Shown here: positions 10,327-19,293 of the stretch, piece after piece | Numbering within the stretch: position 1 is the first letter of the stretch | How the letters are laid out: every line of letters starts with the position of its first letter | The notes under the pieces: generated by a model | Databases searched by the model: none | Told to the model about the DNA's origin: nothing | Seen by the model: the letters and a program-made list of their open reading frames with translations, nothing else | DNA from: a virus | Taxonomy: Duplodnaviria > Caudoviricetes | Direction: 5' to 3' (one strand) | IMG/VR virus record: IMGVR_UViG_3300047476_001434 | Location: 1-55,791 of that record | DNA: 55,791 nucleotides | Made by a program: the position numbers and the translations under genes

Positions 10327-11043
10327 ATGATTAAATTTGGTGTTATAAAATCTAAGATAGAAAAAATTTTAGTCGAATCTTATTCGGACAAAACTTTTAA
10401 ATACGAATTAAAAAATTTTAAAAATAATGTGTTGGACAATAAAAATATTAGTCAGATATATTATTTGTACGATGAGATTAAATCTAAAAAAGGATTAAAT
10501 GAGTCGTACGCATCTGAATATATTAATGAATGTATAACAATATATGAAAACACAATTAATAAAATTAAAACATCAGATATTAATAAATTAAAAAAGTGGG
10601 TAAACGGAGTTAAATCATCAAACGAATATGAACATATAGATAATTTATTTTCTAATGATGTTTTAACTATTGAATCAAAAATAAAAAGTAAAAAAATTAT
10701 TAGAGAGTCGTTAACAAAAAGTTTACCGATTCAAAAAGAATTTCTAAAATTACCGTTATCCACAATGGTTAGTATTGCTAATAAAACAATACAAAATTAT
10801 GTTGAGTCTCTTAATGAATCCGAAAAAAAAGAATTAGCTGATTTTTTATCTATGGACGACAAACCTTTAGAAGAAGACTTCAACAAAATAAAAAAAGAAG
10901 TTATATCTAAATTGGGTAATTTAAAAGAAGGTTCTGATTCCGAATCATTACATAGAATTAACGAAACCGTTGATAAAGTATCGTCAGAAAAATATGACAA
11001 GTTTAATTATTTTAAATTAAAGAAATTAAACGAGAATCTTTAA
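10327..11043 (+). CDS. Hypothetical head-module protein
   Basis: ATG 10327 (MIKFG) lies 15 nt after TATTTAT 10305-10311; preferred over the GTG at 10297, which overlaps the portal gene. Confidence 0.7.
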   Translation: MIKFGVIKSKIEKILVESYSDKTFKYELKNFKNNVLDNKNISQIYYLYDEIKSKKGLNESYASEYINECITIYENTINKIKTSDINKLKKWVNGVKSSNEYEHIDNLFSNDVLTIESKIKSKKIIRESLTKSLPIQKEFLKLPLSTMVSIANKTIQNYVESLNESEKKELADFLSMDDKPLEEDFNKIKKEVISKLGNLKEGSDSESLHRINETVDKVSSEKYDKFNYFKLKKLNENL

Positions 11044-11231
11044 TTATCTTCAGATTTAAAATTTTTCTGCACATATTTAGCTTTCTGTAATTCGGCTCTT
11101 TTTATCACTGAAGGTTTTACAAAAGTTTTTCTTTTATTTAGTTCACTCATTTGACGAGTTTTAATAACCTTACTCTTGTATTGTTTTAAAGCTTGTTCGA
11201 TTGATTTGTTTTTAACTACTACTATTATCAT
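11040..11231 (-). CDS. rpsU: Phage-encoded ribosomal protein bS21
   Basis: 63 aa MIIVVVKNKSIEQALKQYKSKVIKT...FVKPSVIKRAELQKAKY; S21 pattern IE.ALK.(F/Y)K.K...F.KPS..(K/R)R. Confidence 0.9.
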   Translation of the reverse strand: MIIVVVKNKSIEQALKQYKSKVIKTRQMSELNKRKTFVKPSVIKRAELQKAKYVQKNFKSEDN

Positions 11232-11324
11232 ATAATATAAATATATCTTAAAAAGTCCCTTTTTTGACTTCTGACACAAATATACTTATTTTTTTAAAAA
11301 ATAAACGTGAAATTATGGAAAAGA

Positions 11325-11771
11325 ATGAAAAAGGGGAAAACCTCAAAAATCACAGGATTCAAAACCGCAAAGGTATTATATGGAACTGTTGATTCAATTA
11401 AATTTAGGTCATTGTACCTTAATATCCAAACATGGGTTGAACCCATCAAAGACTCTGAAAATTGGAACAGGGTCGTCCAAAACTTAAGTAGGTCAATAAA
11501 ACATGTTGTACACGATTCTTTAGACAGAAATTTTTTTGACGATAAATTTATTGTTGATTTAGATTTACGTTCAAGTGGGATATCTTTAGGTAAAAAATCT
11601 TTTTTAAATTTAGAAGTTAACTTGTATCTAAAAGAAGAAGAAATCGACTTTAAGTCAACAACATTAAAAGAAACATTAAAAAAACTATCAAAAGATATAT
11701 ATCAAAATGGTTTTTTAGAATCTAAGTATTTTAATTTTTATTTAACCAAAAGAAAAGAACTTGTAGAATAA
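11325..11771 (+). CDS. Hypothetical protein
   Basis: ORF divergent from rpsU; ATG 11325 (MKKGK), alternative GTG 11307. Confidence 0.7.
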   Translation: MKKGKTSKITGFKTAKVLYGTVDSIKFRSLYLNIQTWVEPIKDSENWNRVVQNLSRSIKHVVHDSLDRNFFDDKFIVDLDLRSSGISLGKKSFLNLEVNLYLKEEEIDFKSTTLKETLKKLSKDIYQNGFLESKYFNFYLTKRKELVE

Positions 11772-11809
11772 ACTTAAAGACTTCAATATTTATAATAAAA
11801 AATAAAGAA

Positions 11810-12532
11810 ATGAATTTACAAGTTTTAAAACCTGGACAATCTGGTAAAGGTATTCTAATCGAATACGATGCGGGATTTATTAATCCAAGGGAAACAAAAA
11901 ATCAATATATTATGGAAAATAAAGTTCAGATGGACCACACAAAACCATTTGAATTTTATGCGGTACTTCAAAAGTATAACACGCCAAATAGAAACGGTAG
12001 AATTTATCCTGAAAGAATTCTTAAAAGAGAAGCGGACAATTATAAAAAAATGATTGAGAAGGGGACATCTTTATCCGAACTAAACCATCCTGAATCTTCA
12101 CTTATTGACTTAGATAGAGTATCTCACATTATTACTGAAATTTGGTGGGACGGACCAATATTAATGGGTAAATTAAAATTATTAACAAGTCCAGGGTTCC
12201 ATGAAAGAGGAATTGTATCAACCAAAGGTGATATGGCAGCAAACTATTTAAGACAAGGAGTTACGTTAGGTATTTCATCAAGAGGTGTTGGTTCTCTAAA
12301 AAAAGTTGGGGAACAAAATGAAGTACAAGATGATTTTGAATTAATTTGTTTTGACTTAGTTTCTTCACCATCAACTCCAGGGGCTTATTTATTTTTAAAT
12401 CCTGAAGATAGAAATAACTTCGAAGAAAACTTAGATGAGGAAAAAAGAATGTCAGTTGAAAGAAATGTTGGGCCTTCTGCGAACAAATCACTTGACTTAA
12501 TGAAGAAACTATCCGATTATTTAGGTTATTAA
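11810..12532 (+). CDS. Prohead core protease (T4 gp21-like)
   Basis: NRNGRIYP, ELNHP, GISSRGVGS (catalytic Ser), FDLVSSPSTPGA. Confidence 0.93.
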   Translation: MNLQVLKPGQSGKGILIEYDAGFINPRETKNQYIMENKVQMDHTKPFEFYAVLQKYNTPNRNGRIYPERILKREADNYKKMIEKGTSLSELNHPESSLIDLDRVSHIITEIWWDGPILMGKLKLLTSPGFHERGIVSTKGDMAANYLRQGVTLGISSRGVGSLKKVGEQNEVQDDFELICFDLVSSPSTPGAYLFLNPEDRNNFEENLDEEKRMSVERNVGPSANKSLDLMKKLSDYLGY

Positions 12533-12542
12533 ATAATTAATT

Positions 12543-12752
12543 ATGGACGAAAAATATTTTATTGCACGAGTAACTATTGATTTGGTAGATTCTGAATCAG
12601 GTAAAGTTAAAAAACAAAAAGAAGAAAAGTTAGTTAGGGGTTATAATCCAACTGATGTTGAAGCGAAAGTAACCAAGGTATTTGAACATTATACTCAAGA
12701 TTGGAGAATAACCGCGATTGTTGAAAGCAAAATTGATGAGGTGATAGACTAA
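12543..12752 (+). CDS. Small protein, DUF4494-like
   Basis: YFIARV...GKVKKQKEEKLVRGYNPTDVEAKV resembles the Bacteroidota DUF4494 pattern (recognised by eye). Confidence 0.55.
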   Translation: MDEKYFIARVTIDLVDSESGKVKKQKEEKLVRGYNPTDVEAKVTKVFEHYTQDWRITAIVESKIDEVID

Positions 12753-12781
12753 TTATATTTTCAATAATTTAATTAACATAT

Positions 12782-12813
12782 AAAAAGGAGACTAAAATTA
12801 GTCTCCTTTTTTT
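12782..12813 (+). terminator. Intrinsic terminator
   Basis: aaaaaggagactaa-aa-ttagtctcc followed by a T run. Confidence 0.85.
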
Positions 12814-12851
12814 ATTTTGTCAAAATGGGAAATATTTATCAAATATAAAAA

Positions 12852-12896
12852 ACCAATTGTTGAATTAGTTAAAATATAACTTTTTTAACAATTGGT
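12852..12896. promoter_or_regulatory. Inverted repeat/hairpin in the scaffold-capsid leader
   Basis: accaattgtt (12852-12861) and aacaattggt (12887-12896), inner agtta/taact arms, flanked by TATTTAT at 12833 and 12899. Confidence 0.55.
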
Positions 12897-12926
12897 AATA
12901 TTTATTATAAAAATAAAAAACGCAAA

Positions 12927-14612
12927 ATGGCAAAAGAAAAATCATTAGTAGAAGAAGCAATCATCCAAATGAAAAATTTGGAGGAAGCGGTTGCCGAAAA
13001 TGCAAAAGGAATACTTGCTTCAACAATGAAGGAAGAAATCAGTGATTTAGTAAAAGAGTCTCTATCAGAACAAGATGACGAAGAGATTGTAGCACCAGAT
13101 GCTGAAATGGCTGCAGTTGCAGACATGGACGCAGATAACGAAGATTTAGGAGACGAAGACATGGATGATGAAGACATGGATGATGAAGACATGGATGATG
13201 AAGACATGATGGACATTGATGTTGACGACGACACAATCGACCTTACAGACCAACCGAGTTCTGAAGTATTAAAAGTTTTCCAACTATTAGGACCTGAAGA
13301 CCAAATCGTGGTAACAAAAGACCCTAATGGGAACATAAACCTAAAAGACAACGAAACAAACAAAGAGTATATGATAGTAGGTGAAAGTGATGAAGACTTA
13401 TTAAAGTTATCAGAACCAATGGAATACTCATCATTAGATGATGATACGAATGAAGAAGAAGATGTTGATGACATCATTAAAGAATTATTCGGAGATGATG
13501 ACGATGACACTTCTGATTTTGAAGGTTACGGAGGTTTAGACGAAGACGACGAGTTCTCAATGGATATGTCAGAAGACGACGAGTTCTCAATGGATATGTC
13601 AGAAGACGACGAGTTCTCAATGGATATGTCAGAAGACGACGAGTTCTCAATGGATATGTCAGAAGAGGATGATTCTTTCTATGAAGACGAAGATGAAATT
13701 ATTTTTGAACTTGAATTGGAAGATGATTCTATGATTGGTGACTTAGGTGGTGACCAACTATCTGAAGACTCTGAATTAGATGAGTGGGGTTCGTCAGAAT
13801 ATGATGATTATGAATTTTATCATAAAGACCGTATACCTAGCGAATTTGATGACGAAGATGAAGATGAAGAAGAATTTGATATCGACATTAATGAGTCAAG
13901 TAAAAAATCTCGTAAAGCAGTCGGTATGGGAATGGGTAGACCTAAATTTAGTTATGACAAAAAACCTAACCAAGATTTACCAACTAAAAAACAAAAACAT
14001 GGTGGTAAAGGTATTGGATTTGGAAGTGCTAAAAAAGCATCTAAATTTGACGCGGATAAAGACAATGGTCAAATGGACGGAGAATTTAGAGTTAAACCTA
14101 AAAAAGTAGAAGCAAAAGAAACGGCTCGAACAAATAGTTTTGTTACTTCTGGTAAAGTTGGTAGAAGAAAAGGTTCTAACATGGAAACTAATAGAAGAGA
14201 AGTAAGAAAAGAATCTATTGATTCGAGAGAAGTTCAAATTCTTAGAGAAAAGAATGAAGAGTACAGAAAAGCATTAAATATTTTTAGAAATAAATTAAAT
14301 GAAGTTGCGGTATTTAACTCAAACTTAGCATACGCTACACGTTTGTTTACTGAACACTCAACATCTAAACAAGAAAAAATTAATATTTTAAGAAGATTTG
14401 ATTCTGTAGAAACTATTAAAGAATCTAAGAACTTATATCATTCTATTAAAGACGAATTATCAACGGATAAAAATCAATCAATTAACGAGTCTTTTGAACG
14501 TACAATTGAAAGAGTACCTTCAACAGGTTCAGCAGTTAATTTAATTGAATCTAAAACGTATGAGAATCCTCAGTTTTTAAGAATGAAAGACTTAATGTCA
14601 AAATTAAGATAA
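12927..14612 (+). CDS. Prohead scaffold/core protein (gp22-like position)
   Basis: Between protease and capsid genes; extremely acidic centre, coiled-coil C-terminus, many xxE cleavage-like sites. Confidence 0.8.
   Translation: MAKEKSLVEEAIIQMKNLEEAVAENAKGILASTMKEEISDLVKESLSEQDDEEIVAPDAEMAAVADMDADNEDLGDEDMDDEDMDDEDMDDEDMMDIDVDDDTIDLTDQPSSEVLKVFQLLGPEDQIVVTKDPNGNINLKDNETNKEYMIVGESDEDLLKLSEPMEYSSLDDDTNEEEDVDDIIKELFGDDDDDTSDFEGYGGLDEDDEFSMDMSEDDEFSMDMSEDDEFSMDMSEDDEFSMDMSEEDDSFYEDEDEIIFELELEDDSMIGDLGGDQLSEDSELDEWGSSEYDDYEFYHKDRIPSEFDDEDEDEEEFDIDINESSKKSRKAVGMGMGRPKFSYDKKPNQDLPTKKQKHGGKGIGFGSAKKASKFDADKDNGQMDGEFRVKPKKVEAKETARTNSFVTSGKVGRRKGSNMETNRREVRKESIDSREVQILREKNEEYRKALNIFRNKLNEVAVFNSNLAYATRLFTEHSTSKQEKINILRRFDSVETIKESKNLYHSIKDELSTDKNQSINESFERTIERVPSTGSAVNLIESKTYENPQFLRMKDLMSKLR
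13542..13661 (+). repeat. Four perfect 30-bp tandem repeats (EDDEFSMDMS)
   Basis: gaagacgacgagttctcaatggatatgtca x4, in frame. Confidence 0.95.
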
Positions 14613-14653
14613 AAAAATAAAATAAACAAACAAAAAATAAAAAACCAAAAAAA

Positions 14654-16525
14654 ATGGGAGCATTATTAGAATCAGGTCTTGTTGGTAACATCGGTTTGAA
14701 ACACCTTAAAGTTATCAAAGAAGATACAATTAACAAATGGGATAGATTAGGATTCCTAGAAGGTCTTAAAGGACATTTAAAAGAGAACGTGGCTCAGTTA
14801 TATGAGAACCAAGCGTCTTTCCTAATCAATGAAGCAACTTCTGACGGTTCATCAGGTTCATTCGAAACTGTGGTTTTCCCAATCGTTAGACGTGTATTCT
14901 CTAAATTATTAGCGAACGATATCGTATCTGTACAAGCTATGAACTTACCAATCGGTAAATTGTTCTACTTCGTACCTAAAATCCAAGGTTATAACAATGG
15001 TGACTATGATTTTGCAACCTATGAAGGTGGTTCAGGAGCTCACTACGGACCTGTTGGAGCGGTAGACGGTTTAACTGCTGACGAAGCTAAAGCTGGAGAA
15101 GGTTACAATCAAGGTACTGGTACTTATAATCCTACTTACAAGAAAAATCTTTATGATTTATTCTACGAAGGTAATGAAGGTCAATTAGACCCTCCAGGAT
15201 TATTTGACTACTCTAAAGGTCAATGGTCGGCAATTACAGTTACTACAACTGCACAAGTATGGAACGGTTCTAACTTGGTTGATGCTGACGGGGCTTATGA
15301 CGGTGAAAACGTTAGAAAAGTAATCGTTAAAATGTGTGGTTTCGCAAGTGTTGGTAACGGTAAATTAATCGGTCCTGATGGAAATGAGTACGATACAGAA
15401 TCTTTCTTATCTGACTTAAGATTATTTGCTAATACTGATTTCTTAGACGCGGAATCTGCATGTACACCATTATTTAACGCTGACGCTTCTGCGAAATCTT
15501 TATTGTTTAGAGTTGTTACTCAACAATATGGTCAAGGAATTGTTAGTGGTTTATCAAATAGAGCACAAGCACAATGGCCTACTGAAGGTAACGGTGGTTA
15601 TTACAATAACATCTGTAACCCAGAAGGTTGTATCTATTTAGAAGTTGACTTATCTTGTCCTGTATGTGCTAACTGTAACGCAACATCTTTAGATGGTTAT
15701 ACAGGAAGTACTATTGGTACATTAGGTAATGAAGACATTACTGCGGTATTCAGACGTTACAAAGAACTTGAATTCGAAGACAAAATCGGTGAGGTTTCTT
15801 TCGACCTTGAGTCTGTAACAGTTTCTGTAACTGAAAGAAAATTAAGAGCACAATGGTCACCTGAACTAGCTCAAGACGTAGCGGCATTCCAAAACATCGA
15901 TGCTGAAGCTGAATTAACGGCTTTATTATCTGAACAAGTTGCAGCGGAAATTGACCGTGAAATCTTAAGAGACCTTAGAAAAGGTGCGGCTTGGAACTTA
16001 CGTTGGGATTACAACGGATGGAGAAGAATCAACGCAACTACTGCGTATACACAAAAAGACTGGAACCAAACATTGATTACTGCAATCAACCAATTGTCAG
16101 CACAAATCCACAAATCTACTTTAAGAGGTGGGGCTAACTGGATTGTTGTATCTTCTGAGGTTTCTGCGATTTTTGATGATTTAGAATACTTCCACGTATC
16201 TAACGCGTCTCCTGAGCAAGACCAATACAACATGGGTATTGAAAGAGTTGGTACATTATCAGGTCGTTACCAAGTTTACCGTGACCCTTACTTCCCACCT
16301 AACCAAGTGTTAATCGGGCACAAAGGAACATCATTGTTAGACACAGGTTACATCTACGCACCGTATGTACCTCTACAATTAACTCCTACAATGTACAACC
16401 CGTTCAACTTTACACCTATCAAAGGTATTATGACACGTTACGCTAAGAAAATGGTTAACAACCGTTTCTACGGACGTATCACAGTTGACGGTATCCGTAC
16501 ATTCGACTTAAGAGAATTGAGATAA
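14654..16525 (+). CDS. Major capsid protein (T4 gp23-like) with a large insertion
   Basis: VSVQAMNLPIGKLFY, RKLRAQWSPELAQD, AEAELTALLSEQVAAEIDREI, YAPYVPL, FTPIKGIMTRYA. Confidence 0.96.
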   Translation: MGALLESGLVGNIGLKHLKVIKEDTINKWDRLGFLEGLKGHLKENVAQLYENQASFLINEATSDGSSGSFETVVFPIVRRVFSKLLANDIVSVQAMNLPIGKLFYFVPKIQGYNNGDYDFATYEGGSGAHYGPVGAVDGLTADEAKAGEGYNQGTGTYNPTYKKNLYDLFYEGNEGQLDPPGLFDYSKGQWSAITVTTTAQVWNGSNLVDADGAYDGENVRKVIVKMCGFASVGNGKLIGPDGNEYDTESFLSDLRLFANTDFLDAESACTPLFNADASAKSLLFRVVTQQYGQGIVSGLSNRAQAQWPTEGNGGYYNNICNPEGCIYLEVDLSCPVCANCNATSLDGYTGSTIGTLGNEDITAVFRRYKELEFEDKIGEVSFDLESVTVSVTERKLRAQWSPELAQDVAAFQNIDAEAELTALLSEQVAAEIDREILRDLRKGAAWNLRWDYNGWRRINATTAYTQKDWNQTLITAINQLSAQIHKSTLRGGANWIVVSSEVSAIFDDLEYFHVSNASPEQDQYNMGIERVGTLSGRYQVYRDPYFPPNQVLIGHKGTSLLDTGYIYAPYVPLQLTPTMYNPFNFTPIKGIMTRYAKKMVNNRFYGRITVDGIRTFDLRELR

Positions 16526-16546
16526 TCAATATCTTATTAGATAAAG

Positions 16547-16574
16547 AAAAGGTCAGAGAAATCTGACCTTTTTT
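16547..16574 (+). terminator. Intrinsic terminator after the capsid gene
   Basis: aaaaggtcaga-GAAA-tctgacc followed by a T run. Confidence 0.9.
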
Positions 16575-16676
16575 AATATATGCTAATTAGTTATTGTTAT
16601 TTACACATTTTTATGTTAATAACGTTGTTAAAATAATAACATGATTTATATTTATTAAATAAAAATCAATTATTTT

Positions 16677-17747
16677 ATGAAGAAACATATATTATTATTT
16701 TTAATAATTCTACTTACAAACATTTTATCATCTCAAACATTATATCGTTATGATAATGTAGAATCATTTGACCCCGATTGGTCAGGAATATGGTGGACAC
16801 CTATTGCAACAACAAATTATTATACAAACGCTTCAGTTAGTCCTACAACAAGTGCGGTTCTTTATGGGACAGGAGGTGGGTCGACTGCTTATGAAACAGA
16901 TTGGTATTCATTTCCAAATTTGGTTGTTAATCCAAATAATGATTATTATTTTACGTTTAGATTAGCGTCATATAGATTTACATCAACTAATACTACAAGA
17001 GGTGTTGATAACGCCGATTATATTACGGTACAATTAAGTACTGATGGTGGTACTGTATATAATAACGAATTACGAATCACGGGGAATGCAAATGCTTTTT
17101 GGAATTATAATACAAATGCGTCTTATACTAAAACCGCAAATGGAACACTAACAACAATAGGACCTTCTGCGGGTGGTGATAGAACCTCAACAGGGGACGG
17201 TTATTCAGTTATAAGATTAAATATCCCGCCAAATACTTCCAACATCGCTATAGATATCTTTGCAAGAGCTAACGCCTCAGGTGAGGAATGGTGGATGGAT
17301 AATTTTGAATTATATGAAATAGTTAACGACCCTTTACCTGTTGAATTAATTTATTTTGAAGGTTCCGAATATTATTCTTTTAATCTATTAAAATGGTCCA
17401 CCGCATCAGAACATAATTCAGATTATTTTAGAATTGAAAGGAGTACTGATGGCGAAAAATGGGAGAGTGTAGGAATCAAACCTGCATCAAGTAATAGTAA
17501 CACCAAAATAGACTATAGTTATCTTGATTCGTTTGATGATTTCCTTATTCATTATTACAGATTAGTTCAAGTAGATTACGACGGTCAGTATAAAATGTAT
17601 GGACCAATTTCATTAGATAATACAAAAACGTTTAAAAAAATAATTGGTTATGTTAACTTATTAGGACAGTCAGTTCAAAAAAATAGTGAAGGTATAATAC
17701 TCGAGGTTTATGAGGACGGTACAACTAGAAAAATAATAAACTATTAA
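16677..17747 (+). CDS. Secreted Bacteroidota-type protein with a PLPVEL Ig-like domain and a T9SS-CTD-like tail
   Basis: Signal peptide MKKHILLFLIILLTNILSSQ; PLPVELIYFEG...LKWSTASEHNSDYFRIERSTDG...YYRLVQVDYDG; C-terminal YVNLLGQ...YEDGTTRKII. Confidence 0.8.
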   Translation: MKKHILLFLIILLTNILSSQTLYRYDNVESFDPDWSGIWWTPIATTNYYTNASVSPTTSAVLYGTGGGSTAYETDWYSFPNLVVNPNNDYYFTFRLASYRFTSTNTTRGVDNADYITVQLSTDGGTVYNNELRITGNANAFWNYNTNASYTKTANGTLTTIGPSAGGDRTSTGDGYSVIRLNIPPNTSNIAIDIFARANASGEEWWMDNFELYEIVNDPLPVELIYFEGSEYYSFNLLKWSTASEHNSDYFRIERSTDGEKWESVGIKPASSNSNTKIDYSYLDSFDDFLIHYYRLVQVDYDGQYKMYGPISLDNTKTFKKIIGYVNLLGQSVQKNSEGIILEVYEDGTTRKIINY

Positions 17748-17750
17748 CTG

Positions 17751-17779
17751 AATGGGGAATAAAATCCCCATTTTTTTTT
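17751..17779 (+). terminator. Intrinsic terminator
   Basis: aatgggga-ataaaa-tccccatt followed by a T run. Confidence 0.85.
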
Positions 17780-17816
17780 AAACTACGTGATATTTATTTA
17801 ATAAAACAATATTGTT

Positions 17817-18836
17817 ATGAAAAAACTATATTTCTTAAACGAAGAAGAAAAAGAAAGAATATTAAAACTTCACGAGAACGCAACATCAAAACAATACTTA
17901 TCTGAAATAGATACAGGTTCCGCATTAGGAGGAGCGGCTGCGGGTGCAGCAATTGGTTCAGCATTTCCTGTTGTAGGTACAGTAGCAGGGGCTCTAATCG
18001 GTGGCGCTTTAGGTTTAATCAGAGGTTCAGGTGGTTCTTATAACGGGGTTGAGAAAATATTCCAAGCTTGTAAAAATACAAAAGAAGTAGGTAAATCTAC
18101 CATGGCAGGTGCAACTTTAGATTCAATCGCAAAAGGTGTTTATGATGCCGTTAGGGTTTGGAGTGGAACTGATGAAGATGCGATTAAATCAAGTTTATCT
18201 AAAATTGCAACAATTCCTGATTTATGTGCGGTTATTAAAAGATATGAAGAAAATTACCCTGGTTATACGTTATTAGGTGATTTAGATGGTGATATTGATA
18301 CCGACTCTGAATGGAATGAATATGTTTACCAACCATTATTGGCGGCAAAAAGAAAAACTGAAGAGATTTCAGCAAATATTAAAGCTACCGCAAATGGTAC
18401 GTCAGGAAAAGGTGCGGTTAAAGGAATGATGTCAACAGTTTACGCAAAAATGAAACCTGAAATACTTAAACTTCAACCTAATTGGGCGAAATATGATTGT
18501 ATATTTAATCATCCTGAAGCAGTTCCTTCTAAAATGTCCAATGGTAGTTGGGCGATTAAAATCGGTAACTCATATTACTATGATGCGGGTAGATACAAAT
18601 CACCTGATGGTACAATGAAAAGTTATACATGTCCATCAAGTGGAGGAGGAAATAAAGCGGCGGTCGCAACAACAAAAACTGCGACTACAAAAACGGCAAC
18701 GACAAAATCATCAGGTCCTAGTCCTGTAACAACATCTAACATTAAACAAATCCAAAAAATTATTGGTGTTGCAGAAACAGGTATTTTTGACGATGCCACT
18801 AAAGCGGGTGTTAAAACAAAATTAGGAATTAAATAA
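17817..18836 (+). CDS. Glycine-zipper + annexin-like repeat + PG-binding-like protein
   Basis: GSALGGAAAGAAIGSAFPVVGTVAGALIGGALG; AKGVYDAVRVWSGTDEDAI; C-terminal IKQIQKIIGVAETGIFDDATK. Confidence 0.65.
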   Translation: MKKLYFLNEEEKERILKLHENATSKQYLSEIDTGSALGGAAAGAAIGSAFPVVGTVAGALIGGALGLIRGSGGSYNGVEKIFQACKNTKEVGKSTMAGATLDSIAKGVYDAVRVWSGTDEDAIKSSLSKIATIPDLCAVIKRYEENYPGYTLLGDLDGDIDTDSEWNEYVYQPLLAAKRKTEEISANIKATANGTSGKGAVKGMMSTVYAKMKPEILKLQPNWAKYDCIFNHPEAVPSKMSNGSWAIKIGNSYYYDAGRYKSPDGTMKSYTCPSSGGGNKAAVATTKTATTKTATTKSSGPSPVTTSNIKQIQKIIGVAETGIFDDATKAGVKTKLGIK

Positions 18837-18855
18837 AAAAAATATTAAAAGTATT

Positions 18856-19284
18856 ATGAAAAAACTTATAATAACTGAAGAAGAAAAGAAACATATTTTA
18901 TCAAGACATAATTCACCTATGTTTTTAAATGAAGCGAAAGATGCTGATGTAATAGCGATACAAACTGCGGTAGGGGTTACCGCTGATGGAAGTCTTGGTC
19001 CAAAAACTATTTCGGCGATATTATCTAAAATAGGTGGTAAACCATCGGCCGAAGTCACTACCCCTCAAACAACTACGGCACCTGCGGTTACAACGGGAGC
19101 AACAACTACGGCACCTGCGGTTACAACGCCTGAAACAACTACATCACCTGCGGTTACAACAGGAACCACTTTTTCAGCTGCACCTGTTGCAGGGGCGACA
19201 ACATTAGAAACCGCTTGTGGTAATAGAAAAACTAATAAAGATTTTAGACTTTGTAGAAAAGTATTTAATAAAACCGCTAAATAA
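18856..19284 (+). CDS. PG-binding-like, Thr-rich small protein
   Basis: DVIAIQTAVGVTADGSLGPKT; three imperfect 33-bp repeats (TTTAPAVTTGA) at about 19069-19164. Confidence 0.65.
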   Translation: MKKLIITEEEKKHILSRHNSPMFLNEAKDADVIAIQTAVGVTADGSLGPKTISAILSKIGGKPSAEVTTPQTTTAPAVTTGATTTAPAVTTPETTTSPAVTTGTTFSAAPVAGATTLETACGNRKTNKDFRLCRKVFNKTAK

Positions 19285-19293
19285 TATCAAAAA

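Noticed and set aside
12905-13510. 201-aa Ser-rich antisense ORF (and similar ones at 2676-3014, 4722-5162, 9845-10177, 28995-29429)
   Set aside because: Reverse-frame shadows of real genes; no start context or recognisable motifs.
13542-13661. CRISPR array
   Set aside because: 30-bp units are contiguous with no spacers and lie in frame within the scaffold gene.
14990-15760. Intein or intron in the capsid gene (also considered for the terminase)
   Set aside because: Frames are uninterrupted; no C...HN-C/S/T splice junctions or homing-endonuclease motifs seen.
16596-16623. Hairpin between the capsid terminator and the next gene
   Set aside because: Short, bulged and nearly all A/T; expected by chance.
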